Origin: Chiloscyllium plagiosum
Lineage: Eukaryota
Assembly: GCF_004010195.1 (NCBI RefSeq)
Contig: NC_057718.1
Coordinates: 15,762,789 to 15,808,541 of the forward strand
Length of the DNA: 45,753 nucleotides
Reading direction: 5' to 3'
The position numbers and the translations under genes are program-made. Below the pieces are notes generated by a model. It ran no database searches, was not told the DNA's origin, and saw nothing but the letters and a program-made list of their open reading frames with translations. Shown here in pieces: positions 1 to 11,378 of this stretch (the stretch's first letter is position 1; each line of letters starts with the position of its first letter).

Positions 1-200
1 CCTATCACCCTCATCTTAACCTCCTTCCACCTATCGTATTCCCAACACCCCTCCCCCAAGCCCCTCCTCCCTACCTTTTATCTTAGCCTTCTTGGCACAC
101 CCTCCTCATTCCTGAAGAAGGGCTTATGCCCGAAACGTCGATTCTCCTGCTCCTTTGATGCTGCCTGACCTGCTGCGCTTTTCTAGCAACACATTTTTCA
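1..200 (+). mobile_element. 3' end of a Penelope-like element
   Basis: C-rich tract followed by cctgaagaagggcttatgcccgaaacgtcg (hammerhead motif) and the family 3' tail. Confidence 0.75.
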
Positions 201-1124
201 AATCTATTTTGTTCTTAACAAAATAACAAAGAATAAATTATTTATTAACACGAGACAAAAAGAAATCCATTTCCTGTTCTGTCATGCAGAAATATTACAT
301 GAGGTGAATTCTATAAATTTAATAGAACTTTAGGAATGTCTTATGAAGCAAAATAAAACTTGGTTTTATTGAACTATTGTTTAGTGAAAGCAAATATAGG
401 GAAGAGGTAATTTAAATAGCTATGTAAACATAAAGCAAATATCTACATCTACATTAGGTTAGATCAAAAAAACTTGTCAACACAGTAAGCTGTCAACTCT
501 GAAACCAACGATGAGTGAAAATGAGAAATTACACTGATGTTGTAACTGGATGGTAGTGCTGAATCTTACCAAAAATCAGCTAAGTGTCATTTTTGGCAAA
601 TTTCATAGTGGGTATCTCTTCATAAGGTCTTGTGAGTTTTCTTACGCTATCATCCTAAACCTGTCTCATTACCTATGTCCCTGTGGCATCTGCTCATTGT
701 ATTCCCACATTTGTCATAGGCAGAAATACTCACCACTGGCAGGACATCCCAGAATCTCTGCAATGGTCCCATGTTTGAAAGCAAGCCATGCACCCAGTCA
801 AGCATTGGCAATCTGGAGTTTCCCCTGACCATGCATGCAAAGGGATAGCAACCACTAAACAAGTTTCTCAGAGCACATTGGTGGCATGGCTCACGCATCA
901 TTACACGTGCAGATACACAGTTTAACACCTAAAAGTGTTTAAAAATCACCCAGATAGGTTATCTGTCCTTAACATCATCCCATCTTACAACCCTACCTAA
1001 GTCAGTAATACTGTCTCCCAAAACACAATGTAGCCAGAATCTTATCATTGGTCAACGTGGGAACATCATATACAGGAAAACCTTACAAAAGCACATGCAC
1101 TTTTGTTCAGCAACAGTAAACCAC

Positions 1125-1365
1125 AAAAATACTGAAGCTGCAACAAAAGCAGAAATTGCTGGAAAAGGTTAGCAGGTCTGGCAGCATCTGTGGACAGAAA
1201 TCAAAGTTAATGTTTCAAAATGAGTGATCCTTCAGAAAGGTTCTGAGGAAGGGTCACTTGACCAGAAGTATTAACTGATTTCTCTCCACAGATGCTGCCA
1301 AATCTGCTAAACTTTTCCAGCAATTTCTGCTTTTGTTTCTGATTTACAGCATCTGGAATTCTTTC
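1125..1365. mobile_element. Older palindromic Penelope-derived element (related copies near 1500-1695, 4810-5160, 7480-7580, 7950-8050, 13900-14020)
   Basis: aaacaaaagcagaaattgctggaaaa...ttttccagcaatttctgcttttgtt inverted arms with a degenerate ctgaggaagggtca...gacc core. Confidence 0.7.
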
Positions 1366-1854
1366 AATTTTTAAACAGAAACTGTATTTGCTTCCTGACA
1401 TTACAGTCTCCTTGTCTTCCTAGCACCAACAAATACACTGACAAAAAGTGATCATTGCACCCAGCTCAGATCTATTGAAACTGGGTCACAATTAGGGCCT
1501 GAAACAAAAATAGAAATTGCTGGAGAAACACAGTAGATCTGGTAGTATCTATGGACAGAAAGCAGAGTTAATATTTCTAGTTCAGTGACCTTTCTTCAGT
1601 TCTGTTTTCTCTCCATAGATGCTGCCAGGCCTGCAGCATTTTTCCAGCAATTTCTATTTTTGTTTCAGATTTGCAGCATCTGCAGTTCTTTGATTTTTTT
1701 GACAATTAGGTCCTGTCTGGTTTGTTGTGCCTGATGCTGCGGTGCTCCATCATGCTGAAAGTGATGTTCCTCCTCCTCAATCTACTTGTCTTTCTCCAAG
1801 GAAGAAAGTTACCACTATCCCAGAACTTCAGCATCCATTGCATCCTCTCTTTAG

Positions 1855-2249
1855 CTGCTCTAGTTGTGCAGAGCATGCATGCTGGACTAACATTGCACAC
1901 TCTGTCCAAAGTGCACTGTGAGGCCCACAATGACCAATTCAAACATTAGATCTTCATCTTCCAATCATCATCTTCAAGAGCCTATCATCTGCTCCACGAT
2001 GGTCCTAATCAAAGAATGGGCTGCATTGTATCTGCACTTGTCCTCAGTCAGGGGTTTGTGTAACAGAGTCATCTGTCATGGTCACAGAGGGTGGCCCTTG
2101 TCTCCCAGTATACATCCTTGTAAGGTAACCAACTTCTGAAACAGTAGGAAGATGAAAGTTCTCCAAGATGTTGTCATCATGGCAGCTCCCAGGATACCTT
2201 GATCAGACATCTAAGATGTGGTACTGATGACCACAGATGACTGGTATAT
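1855..2249 (-). mobile_element. Degraded PIF/Harbinger (HARBI1-like DDE) transposase, C-terminal part
   Basis: With frameshifts and stops it reads ICGHQYHILDV*SRYPGSCHDDNILEN...LQGCILGDKGHPL..MT..KPLTEDKCRYNAAHSLIRTIVEQMIG...DRVC...ALHN. These are canonical Harbinger motifs (YPGS.HD, LGD.GYP, YN..H...R..VE). Confidence 0.8.
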
Positions 2250-3968
2250 TGAATTTTGAGAAGTTTTGTAGCTCAGGTTGAGGTTCTGGATGTAGCTGAG
2301 CTGGAAGGTTCATTTTCAGATGTTTCATCACCATACTAGATAACTTCTTCAGTAAGCCTCTGGATGGTGTAGCCCGCTTTCTACTTATATGTTTGGGTTT
2401 CCTTGGGTTGATGATGTCATTTCCTATGGTGAAGTCATTTCCTTTTTTTTCACGGGGTGATAAATGGGATCCAAGTCAATGTGTTTGTTGATAGAGTTCC
2501 GGTTGGAATGCCATGCTTCTAGAAATTCTCCTGCGTGTCTCTGTTTGGCTTGTCCTAGGATGGATGTGTTGTCCCAGTCGAAGTGGTGTCCTTCCTCATC
2601 CGTATGTAAGGATACTAGCGAGAGTGGTCCCTCCTCTTTTGTGAATTTTATGCCAGTAAGGGTATTATTGATGGTCTTGAAGGTTTTTTCTACTCTGTTT
2701 TCTTTAGTGATGACAAAGGTGTCATCCATATAGCGGACCCAAAGTTTGGGTTGGATGGTTGGCAGAGCTGTGCATTATTGTCTCCGCTAAGAGCCCTAAT
2801 ATTGGAGATCCCATGGGTGTTCCGTTGGTTTGTCTGTAGGTTTTGGTCTGTAGGTCATCAATAATACCCTGAAGAAGGGCTTATGCCTGAAATGTCGATT
2901 CTCCTGTTCCCTGGATGCTGCCTGACCTGCTGCGCTTTTCCAGCAACACCTTTTCAGCTCTGATCTCCAGCATCTGCAGACCTCACTTTCTCATCAATAA
3001 TACCCTTACTGGCATAAAAGTCACAAAAGAGGAGGAAAACAATAAACTGCCACTCCTGGCTGTTCGCTCTATTGCAACATCTAATGGGGCATTTCAAACC
3101 AGTGTCTACATAAAAACAACACATACGGACCAAATAGAAGCAATCATCCCAACATCCACAAACGAAGCTGCATTAGAACATTATCTTAATGACTCACCAC
3201 ACACTGCAGCACAGAAGAACTACGCAGAGCAGAGGAAAATCACCTATACAGTGTACTCAAAAAGAACAGGTACCCAATGAATATAGTCTGCCAATTTCTC
3301 AGCAACAAACACAAACAAGCAGACAAAATGCGTCCAAAAATCCCAGTCACTCTCCACTACATTAAAGGCATCTCGGAAGTGACTGCCAGACTACTCAGAC
3401 CTCTTGGCATCATGGTATTCCACAAACTGACCAACACACTAAAACAGCAGCTAATGAACTTGGAAGACCCTATACAGATAACAAGCAAAACTAATGTCAT
3501 TTATAAAATACCTTGGAAGAACTGTAACAAACACTACATTGGACAAACAGGCAGAAAACTAGTCACCAGAATACATGAACATCAACTAGCCACAAAAAGA
3601 CATGACCCACTCTTACAAGTATCCTTACATACAGATGAGGAAGGACACCACTTCGACTGGGACAACACATCTATCCTTGGACAAGCCAAACAGAAACACA
3701 CGAGAATTCCTAGAAGCATGGCATTCCAACCGGGACTCTATCAACAAACACATCGACTTGGATCCCATTTACCACCCCCTGAGAAAAAGAACAGGAAATG
3801 ACATCAACATAGGAAATGACATAATCAACCCAAGGAAACCCAAACATATAAATAGAAGGCAGGCTACACCACCAGTGCTTCATCTGGAGGCTCACCGAAG
3901 ATGTTACCAAGTATGATGACGAAACGTCTGAAAATGAACCTTCCAGCTCAGCGAGCAAACCTACATCC
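2250..3968 (+). mobile_element. Penelope-like element with an inverted left arm
   Basis: GIY-YIG endonuclease (NVIYKIP...HYIGQTGRKL.TRIHEH) at 3277-3801 and an RT fragment (YMDDTFV) inverted at about 2630-2850. An inverted copy of the 3' end lies at about 2270-2630. TSD atgact(g/t)gtatat at 2237-2249 and 3969-3981. Confidence 0.9.
2871..2990 (+). mobile_element. Short Penelope-derived element (hammerhead-type 3' end)
   Basis: Flanked by a 16-bp duplication tcatcaataataccct (2855-2870, 2991-3006). Homologous to 110-200 and 9213-9344. Confidence 0.8.
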
Positions 3969-4025
3969 ATGACTTGTATATAGATGAAATGGTAGCCCTT
4001 GATTTGATGAATCTAGTTGCATTAT
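3969..4025 (-). mobile_element. Harbinger transposase, upstream part split off by the Penelope insertion
   Basis: Reads FI..KGYHFIYIQV and joins in frame across the TSD to ICGHQ at about 2237 (cf. NRKG.HSINVQ.ICD). Confidence 0.7.
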
Positions 4026-4525
4026 GATTAATAATTGCATGTGAAGCAAATATCTACAACCACATTTGGTTAGAACAACTGAATGGTACCTTTAAAAAAT
4101 CCTGTTAAATAATATGCTGCCAACGCCCCTACAAGCCAGCAATGGGTGAAAATGAGGAATTACACAGAAATTGCAACTGGATGATGGTGCTGAATCTTAC
4201 CAGAAATTGGCTATGTCATTTTTGCTAAATTTCATGGAAAGTATCTCTCATTGAGACCTTAGAAGTTTTCTCACGCTATTGTCTGAAATCTGTTTTATTA
4301 CACATGCACCATGCCCCTATTGCATCCACTATTTGTATTCTCCCACTTGCCACTGGGGTGATAGAGAGTTTAGGAACAGTGATGGAACATTATGCAGGTC
4401 AATGCTATATTGAGTTTGAGAACTGTAATCTGTAATCACAAGTGCTCTAGTAGCCATAAGGCATACAAAATGAGTAATTCTACCCTATATTCTGAAAGTA
4501 GACCATTTACAGAAATTTGGTTTAC

Positions 4526-4689
4526 CTGAGATAAACCTGAAGTCAGTGACCCAGTTGTCATCATAGTGAGTGCAGTGGATCATGGTGTATCCCTGAAGGT
4601 AGCCATTAATAGTACAGAACAGACATCCAAAGAAAATGAATGGGAAAGATGTAGGATGTCCGTTGTTTCTAATTGCGTAGATAAATGTC
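4526..4689 (-). CDS. SRD5A2: Steroid 5-alpha-reductase type 2-like, second coding exon (not in ORF track)
   Basis: Acceptor tttattaattctgctttataag|G, 164 bp, donor TCAG|GTAAA. Translates (R)TFIYAIRNNGHPTSFPFIFFGCLFCTINGYLQGYTMIHCTHYDDNWVTDFRFIS(G). Phase is compatible with exon 1, and the length matches my recollection of human SRD5A2 exon 2 (164 bp; SRD5A1 has one more codon). Confidence 0.93.
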
Positions 4690-7600
4690 CTTATAAAGCA
4701 GAATTAATAAAACAAAATGAAAATACTTTCGCAGGAAATTTGTCATGAAGAAAACACATAAAAGGCACAAACTCTACTGAGTCCAAACAAACCCTTCCTA
4801 ACATAAACCAAAAACTCAAATAATGCAGATACTGCAAATCTAAATAAAACCAGAAACTGCTGCTAAAACTCAGCTATAGATAAGCAGGAGGCTTGAAGAT
4901 CACAGCAAGCCAGCAGCATCAGGAGGTGGAGAAGTCAACTTTTTTGGGGATAACCCTTCTTCAGGAATTCCTGAAGAAGAGTTATACTGAAACGTTGACT
5001 TCTCCACCTCCTGATGCTGCTTGGCTTGCCAAGTTCTTCTAGCCTTCTGCTTATCTACTTTGGATTCCAGCCTCTGCAGATTTTTCATCTAGCTATTACT
5101 CCAGATAGCATCTGCAGCGAGAGGAACGGTTATAATTTCCGGTTAATGACCCTTCATCAATATTTTCCTTATTGACCAACAATCCCAGTCTTCAACATGT
5201 TCAATGACTGAGCATTCACAGCTCTCTGAAGTACAGAATTCCAAAAAATCACCACTGTCTGAGTGAAGAAACTGAGCTCAGTCTAAACCTTGTGACTATT
5301 ACTCCTTGATATAACCAGTGAAAAGAGCCTCCATGGATCTTGTAGCCTTTGTTTTTTGTTACTCTGCCATCCTTCATTTTCATGAAGATGCTGGACATTA
5401 TTAATTACTAAATCCTGCAAAGTCTTTGTGAACTAAAGTTATTATTTCGTTGGATTTAAGGTGACTTCAGAAGTTTCAGCTCATTTATCCCTTGCCATCC
5501 CAAGTTTCAATAGAAGTCATGGCATTTAGTCCCAGTTTTATCTTTGTAATGTTATGCTGTGTCATATGTCTTCAGGATAATTCATTGAATCTATCTTCAG
5601 TAAGGTCGCTGGTTTAATTTTGATATCACTAGGTTGTCAATGTAATGCATGTTAACTGGAGAGCATAAATACCAGATAAGCAATATAGCTCACATCATTT
5701 CAGCAAATTTTGACCTATGATTGTAACTTTTCCTCATATATTCCCTGCAAGATTTTTGACACAAAACTGCTCACATACAACACTGAGGAAAGTTACAGTT
5801 TGTTTCCTGTTGTAAACAAACGGTTGAAAATAAAACTCAAACTTAAGAATATTCCTGGAAACATAAAGTATCAACCAAATGTGACCATAATTCTCTGCAA
5901 AGTTTACGATAAGTTGTTGGGTGAAAGTTCCCTTGGATTGGATGAAATTTTGACTTTATGTCCTTCCTGCTATCATTGATTTGGACAGAGGTTAAGATTG
6001 TGGACTGTATGTAATTCAGTCAGTTATCCAACAGTCAGATTGCCTACATGTCATACCAGAGTTGATCTGCTTATTCAGTTAACCTATTTTTGACTAATCA
6101 ACCTGTTCAGAGATGCTATTACACATCTCTGGAGCTGGTGGGATTTGAACTCATTCAGGGGTACCATACTACCACTGTGCCACAAGAGGACTCCTAAAAT
6201 ACAATTTGGGTCAACCACTGACTGCTTGGTTTCTAATAATCCCACATTAGCCAATATTTAGGTTACTTAAAATGTGAGACACAGGAATTGATAATTCTGC
6301 ACACCCAGACCATTTATGATTCATTAACGTATCCACCTGTCATTCGTGATCTAAATCTGCAAATGTGGTCCTCTGTTCTAAAGTGCTCCCCAAACATTAT
6401 CTCACTGTAACGCAATTCAAAGCTTGAAAGTTGACATGAGAACTGTGAGGGAGTGGGGGTCTGAGAATGGGAGCTTGTTTGTAAATACAGGAGAGCACAA
6501 TTGCTCCACAGCGACCCTTGCTGCCTCAGAACTCACAATTCCAAAATTTCAGATCACAACCTTGAGGTCCTGATCCTGACTTGCTCTATTTCCTTCTCCC
6601 TTAGCTGGTTGTCCAGCTTCCCCATTCTCTGAAGAGGAAAGAGAACCAGGATGCATTTCTGCTATTATCCTTGTAAATCTTCCCTGTACCTTTTCCAGTG
6701 CCTCCATTTCTTTTTGTAATTTAGAGACTAGAACAGCATCAGTACTTGAAATGCCATATCATCACAATTTGATACAGATTTAGCAATAACATCCCTACTT
6801 TTCAATTTTATCTCTCTTGGAATAAACCCTAGCCATTGCTTTCTCTTTGACCCAACATTAACTGACTGGATGTACTGAACTCTGAAAACTCCACAGTTTC
6901 TCCTCCTTATCTAGATTCACACTTTCAAAGAAATAAGCAACTTTGTTTTTTTTTCATATGAAAATGTGTCACTGCACACCTCAGTGACCTATTCAAATGA
7001 AGTTCCCAAAAATATTTTGGCATAAGCTTACAATGGCAAAATTGGCTAGCAAACGGCATTTGTTCTCAGTCTTTCAAGAACTACTGTTTATCTGTTTATA
7101 ATTACATCAGTCAAAACATAAAATAATGATCAGGACACCAGGGAGAACTCCCAAATTCTTCTTCAGAATGTTCCATGGGATCTTTTACATCGACCTGAGA
7201 GAACAAATGGGATTTAGATTTAACATACATACAAAAGTAGATTTATTTAGGATAACCTAGAATGAGATACTAAATAATACATTGAAAAAATAATTGAAGG
7301 TTATTTTATAAATTTCAGTCTAAAAGTTTTTATTCTAATCCCATTTTCCAGTACTTGGCTCTTAGCCTTGCATGCATATCATAAATGTATATCTAAATAT
7401 TTCTGAAATCTTATATGGGTATCTGCCCTATCACCCATACAGGCAGTGAGTTCCAGATTTCCATTGCTCTCTGGATGAAACAAAAGCAGAAATTGCCAGA
7501 CAAGCTCAGCAGGTCTGGCAGCATCTGTGGAGAGAAATCAGAGTTAATATTTCGGTTCGAGTGACCCTTCCTCAGAACTGCTCTGAATGAAAATGTTTTT

Positions 7601-8297
7601 CCTCATATCTCCTCTAAAGTTTCTGTCCCTTAAATCTATGTCCCAGTCCTTGATCCCTTCATCAAGGGGAAAAGTTTCTTCCTGTCTATCATCAATATTC
7701 CCCTCATAATATTATATATCACAATCATGACCCCCTCAATATCCTATGTTTTGAGGAAAACAACCCCAGACTGTCCAATCTCTCTTCAAAACTGAAACTC
7801 TCCAGCCCAGTCAACACCCTGGTAAATCTCCTTTGCATCCTTTCAAGTGTTACACCATCCTCCTATGATGTGGATTCCATAACTGCACACAATACTCTAT
7901 CTGCAATCTGTACAGGTAAATAATGTTCAAGTAAATAAAACATAAAATTGCCAGTACTGGAAATGTCAAACAAAAACAGAAATTGCAGCAGCAAATCTGG
8001 TAGCAGAGAAAGAAGAGTTAATGTTTTGAACCCAGTGAGCCGCCTTCAGGATTGACAGTAGCTATAAAGAGGTGGTATTTATGTTCGGGACTGAGGTGGG
8101 GGGAGAGGGAGTGAGCAGATAGATAGAGATGGAGCCCAGAGAAAGAAAAAGACTGTTAGACAGACAAAGGGATAGCTAATAGCAAACCACAGAAGGAGAA
8201 AATCTATGTAATGTTCAGGCTTGGTTTTATTTGCACTATATTTGCCAAAGGAAACAAACAAAATTCCAGAAGTAGGATTCTTTTAAATTGCACTTAC

Positions 8298-8572
8298 CTG
8301 TGAAAGTAGTGCCCACAGAACATGAATAATAAGAATTTGCTCCCCGTACTGTCCAGGCTGCCTGATTGATAAAGTGATATCACAGGTACTAAAAATGACG
8401 GCAACTCCATTACAAACCATCCAATCTTAGCTGGAACATATACTACAGAGTGGTCTTGAGTTAGGTATCTACCGTACAAATGCACAAACTTTCTGGCCTG
8501 GATATTGAAAATCATAACAGCCAGCAAATAAGATGTTAGCGGATATATAATGTATGGGTTACACTCTGACAT
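8298..8572 (-). CDS. SRD5A2: Steroid 5-alpha-reductase type 2-like, first coding exon
   Basis: Translates MSECNPYII...YGRY...PAKIGWFVMELPSFLVP...MFCGHYFH(R), matching the SRD5A2 exon-1 motifs (WFxQELPSF, HYFHR). Ends at AG|GTAAGT (phase 2), the same intron position as human SRD5A2. Confidence 0.93.
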
Positions 8573-8709
8573 GCTGACCTTGATGGTTTTGTTAAAGTGA
8601 CAATTTCTGTGGTCCGCTCCTGTAAGAGAATTAGCTTAAGTGAGCTATTCTTGTTATTCAGTAGTATTTGCTTGTTCTGTAACCAGTGTCAAACCAATAA
8701 AAGGGTGGG

Positions 8710-8717
8710 TTTTTATA
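8710..8717 (-). promoter_or_regulatory. Candidate TATA box of SRD5A2
   Basis: TATAAAAA on the minus strand about 140 bp upstream of the ATG. Motif only. Confidence 0.3.
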
Positions 8718-8849
8718 TCATACACTCATCCGGCAGAAATTTACACTTTAAATCACACTCAAAAGCTGGTATTTAAAACCCAGCTCAAAGCTTGCATGAA
8801 CAAGTCAACCACTAGATCACCCAAGGAGATGAGTAAACATTTGCACAGA

Positions 8850-9650
8850 AGAACATAAGAGCTAGGATCAGCAGTAGGCAATTCAGCCTCTCAAGCCTGC
8901 TCTGTCATTTAATACGACCATGGCTCATCTCATTTCAGCCTCAACTCCACTTTCCTACCCGCTGCCCATAATCCTTTAACCCAAATTACTAATTAAAAAT
9001 CTATCTCCTCCTTAAATCTATTCAGGGTCCTGGTGTCCTCCACACTCTGTGAATTCCACAGATTCATGACCCTTTTGAGAAAAATAATTCCTGCTCATCT
9101 CTGTGTTAAGCTGAAAATGTGTTGCTGGAAAAGCACAGCAGGTCAGGCAGCATCCAAGGAACAGGAGAATCGACGTTTCGGGCATGAGCCCTTCTTCAGG
9201 AATACATTCAGGAATTCCTGAAGAAGGGCTCATGCCCGAAACGTCGATTCTCCTGTTCCTTGAATGCTGCCTGACCTGCTGTGCGTCTCCAGCAACACAT
9301 TTTCAGCTCTGATCTCCAGCATCTGCAGTCCTCACTTTCTCCTCCATCTCTGTGTTAAGTCCATCACTCCTTAGCCGAAAGCTATGCCCTCTTGTTCTAG
9401 ATTGCCCCACAAGGGAAACATGCCCTCCATATCTACTTTGTCAATCCCCTTTAGTGTCTCAATTAGGTCTTCTCTCATTCTTCTAAACTCTAGCAAGTAC
9501 AGGCTTAAATTGCTCATAAATCTCTCTTCATAAGACAGGCCTTTCATCTCTGGAATTAAACTAGTGGACTTTCTCTGAACTGTGTCTTATGCAATTATAC
9601 TCTTCCTCAATTAAGGAATCCAACATTGTGTAGTACTCCAGACATGGTCT
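8850..9650 (-). mobile_element. Decayed CR1 3' fragment upstream of SRD5A2 (interrupted by 9111-9344)
   Basis: gaacataagagctaggatcagcagtaggcaattcagcc tail and CR1 3' body motifs. Confidence 0.65.
9111..9344. mobile_element. Palindromic non-autonomous Penelope-derived element with two hammerhead motifs
   Basis: About 95-bp inverted arms, each carrying CTGAAGA-a-GGGC-tcat-GCCC-GAAACGTC. 15-bp TSD catctctgtgttaag (9096-9110, 9345-9359). Confidence 0.85.
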
Positions 9651-9889
9651 GGAGGTCAGGTCACACCCAAAGGCAAAGCCCTTTTCATGAAATCACATTA
9701 CTGATTTTCACAGATGAGAGAACCACATTACTCATGGCTTGACAATTTTACGGAGAAAATGAGTGTAACTAGGAATTGTGACATTAGTCATATTAACAGA
9801 TTAGTGATACAAATTGTATTGCACACTATCTACCTACTTACAATTGCATTGTTGCACATTTGGAGTAAACAGAAAACTCACTGTATTGG

Positions 9890-10635
9890 AGGCATTGCAT
9901 TAGCATGATTTCAGTATTGGTTAACTTACAGGCAACAGAGAGTTGGGATCAATGGGCCTTTATCAACTAGAAAAATGTAACCAAGGTTTAGCCCTAGGTT
10001 TTCAATTATTTATTATCTTTGTCAATGGCTTGGAGAAGGGGCAGAGTGCAACATATCTGAATTTGTTGACAATACAAATATAATTGAAAAGGCATGTTGA
10101 GATGAGGAATCTGCAAGGGGCTATATAGATAGGTTGGGTGAATGGATGATAACTTGGTAGATGACAATTAATGTAGAAAAGTATGAATTCATACACTTTG
10201 CTAAGAAGAATCTAAAGACAGACTTATTTAAATGGTGAGAGAGAGACTTCAAAAAAGTACAGCACAGAGGGATCTGAGTGTTCTTGTGCATAAAACACAA
10301 AATGTTTACATGCAACTGAACAAGTAATTGAAGACGTAAATGAAATTGTGGCCTTTATTGCTGGAGAGTTGTAGTTAAAAATAGGCAAGTCTTGTTACAA
10401 CTTTACGGAACTGAAGGTGATTTAATGGGTTGGATCAGAAACTGGCTAGCTGAACGAAGACAGAGGGTGGTGGTTGATGGGAAATGTTCACCTGGAGCTC
10501 AGTTACCAAGTGGTGTGCCACAAGGACCTGTTTTGGGGCCACTGCTGTTTGTCATTTTTATAAATGATCTTTATGTGGACGTGGAAGGATGGGTTAGTAA
10601 ATTTGCAGATGACACTAAGGTAGGCAGAGTTGTGC
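9890..10635 (+). mobile_element. CR1 RT fragments (an older copy plus a younger piece at about 10410-10635)
   Basis: WIRNWLAERRQRVVVDG...SGVPQGPVLGPLLFVIFINDL...SKFADDTK. Confidence 0.8.
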
Positions 10636-10639
10636 GTAG

Positions 10640-11378
10640 TTCTGGATTAGTGGTGCTGGAAGAGCACAGCAGTTCAGGCAGCATCCGAGGAGCAGTAAAA
10701 TTGACGCTACGGGCAAAAGCCCTTCATCAGGAATAAAGGCAGAGAGCCTGAAGCGTGGAGAGATAAGCTAGAGGAGGGTGGGGGTGGAGAGAAAGTAGCA
10801 TAGAGTACAATAGGTGAATGGGGGAGGGGATGAAGAACTAGGGTGAGGTGGGGGAAGGGGAAATGAGGAAACTGTTGAAGTCCACATTGATGCCCTGGGG
10901 TTGAAGTGTTCCGAGGCAGAAGATCAGGCGTTCTTCCTCCAGGTGTCTGGTGGTGAGGGAGTGACGGTGAAGGAGGCCCAGGACCTCCATGTCCTCAGCA
11001 GAGTGGGAGGGGGAGTTGAAATGTTGGGCTACAGGGCAGTGTGATTGATTGGTGCGGGTGTCCCGGAGATGTTCCCTAAAGCGCTCTGCTAGGAGATGTC
11101 CAGTCTCCCCAATGTAGAGGAGACCGCATCGGGATCAACCGATACAATAAATGATATTAGTGGATGTGCAGGTAAAACTTGGATGGATGTGGAAGGCTCC
11201 TTTAGGGCCTTGGATGGAGGTGAGGGAGGAGGTGTGGGCACAGGTTTTGCAGTTCCTGCGGTGGCAGGTGCCAGGATGGGAGGGTGGGTTGGACCTGACC
11301 AGGCAGTCGGAGGGAACAGTCTTTGCGGAAGGCGGAAAGGGGTGGGGAGGGAAATATATGCTTGGTGGTGGGGTCTTG
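10640..11378 (-). mobile_element. Penelope-like element fragment
   Basis: Family tail (gtgctggaagagcacagc...gcccttcatcagg), G-rich tract, and GIY-YIG-type coding remnants (gtctccccaatgtagagg, i.e. LYIGET on the minus strand). Confidence 0.75.

Noticed and set aside
1..4520. SRD5A2 exons 3-5
   Set aside because: No INIHSD..LR.LR-type exon was found left of exon 2. They presumably lie beyond the window start.
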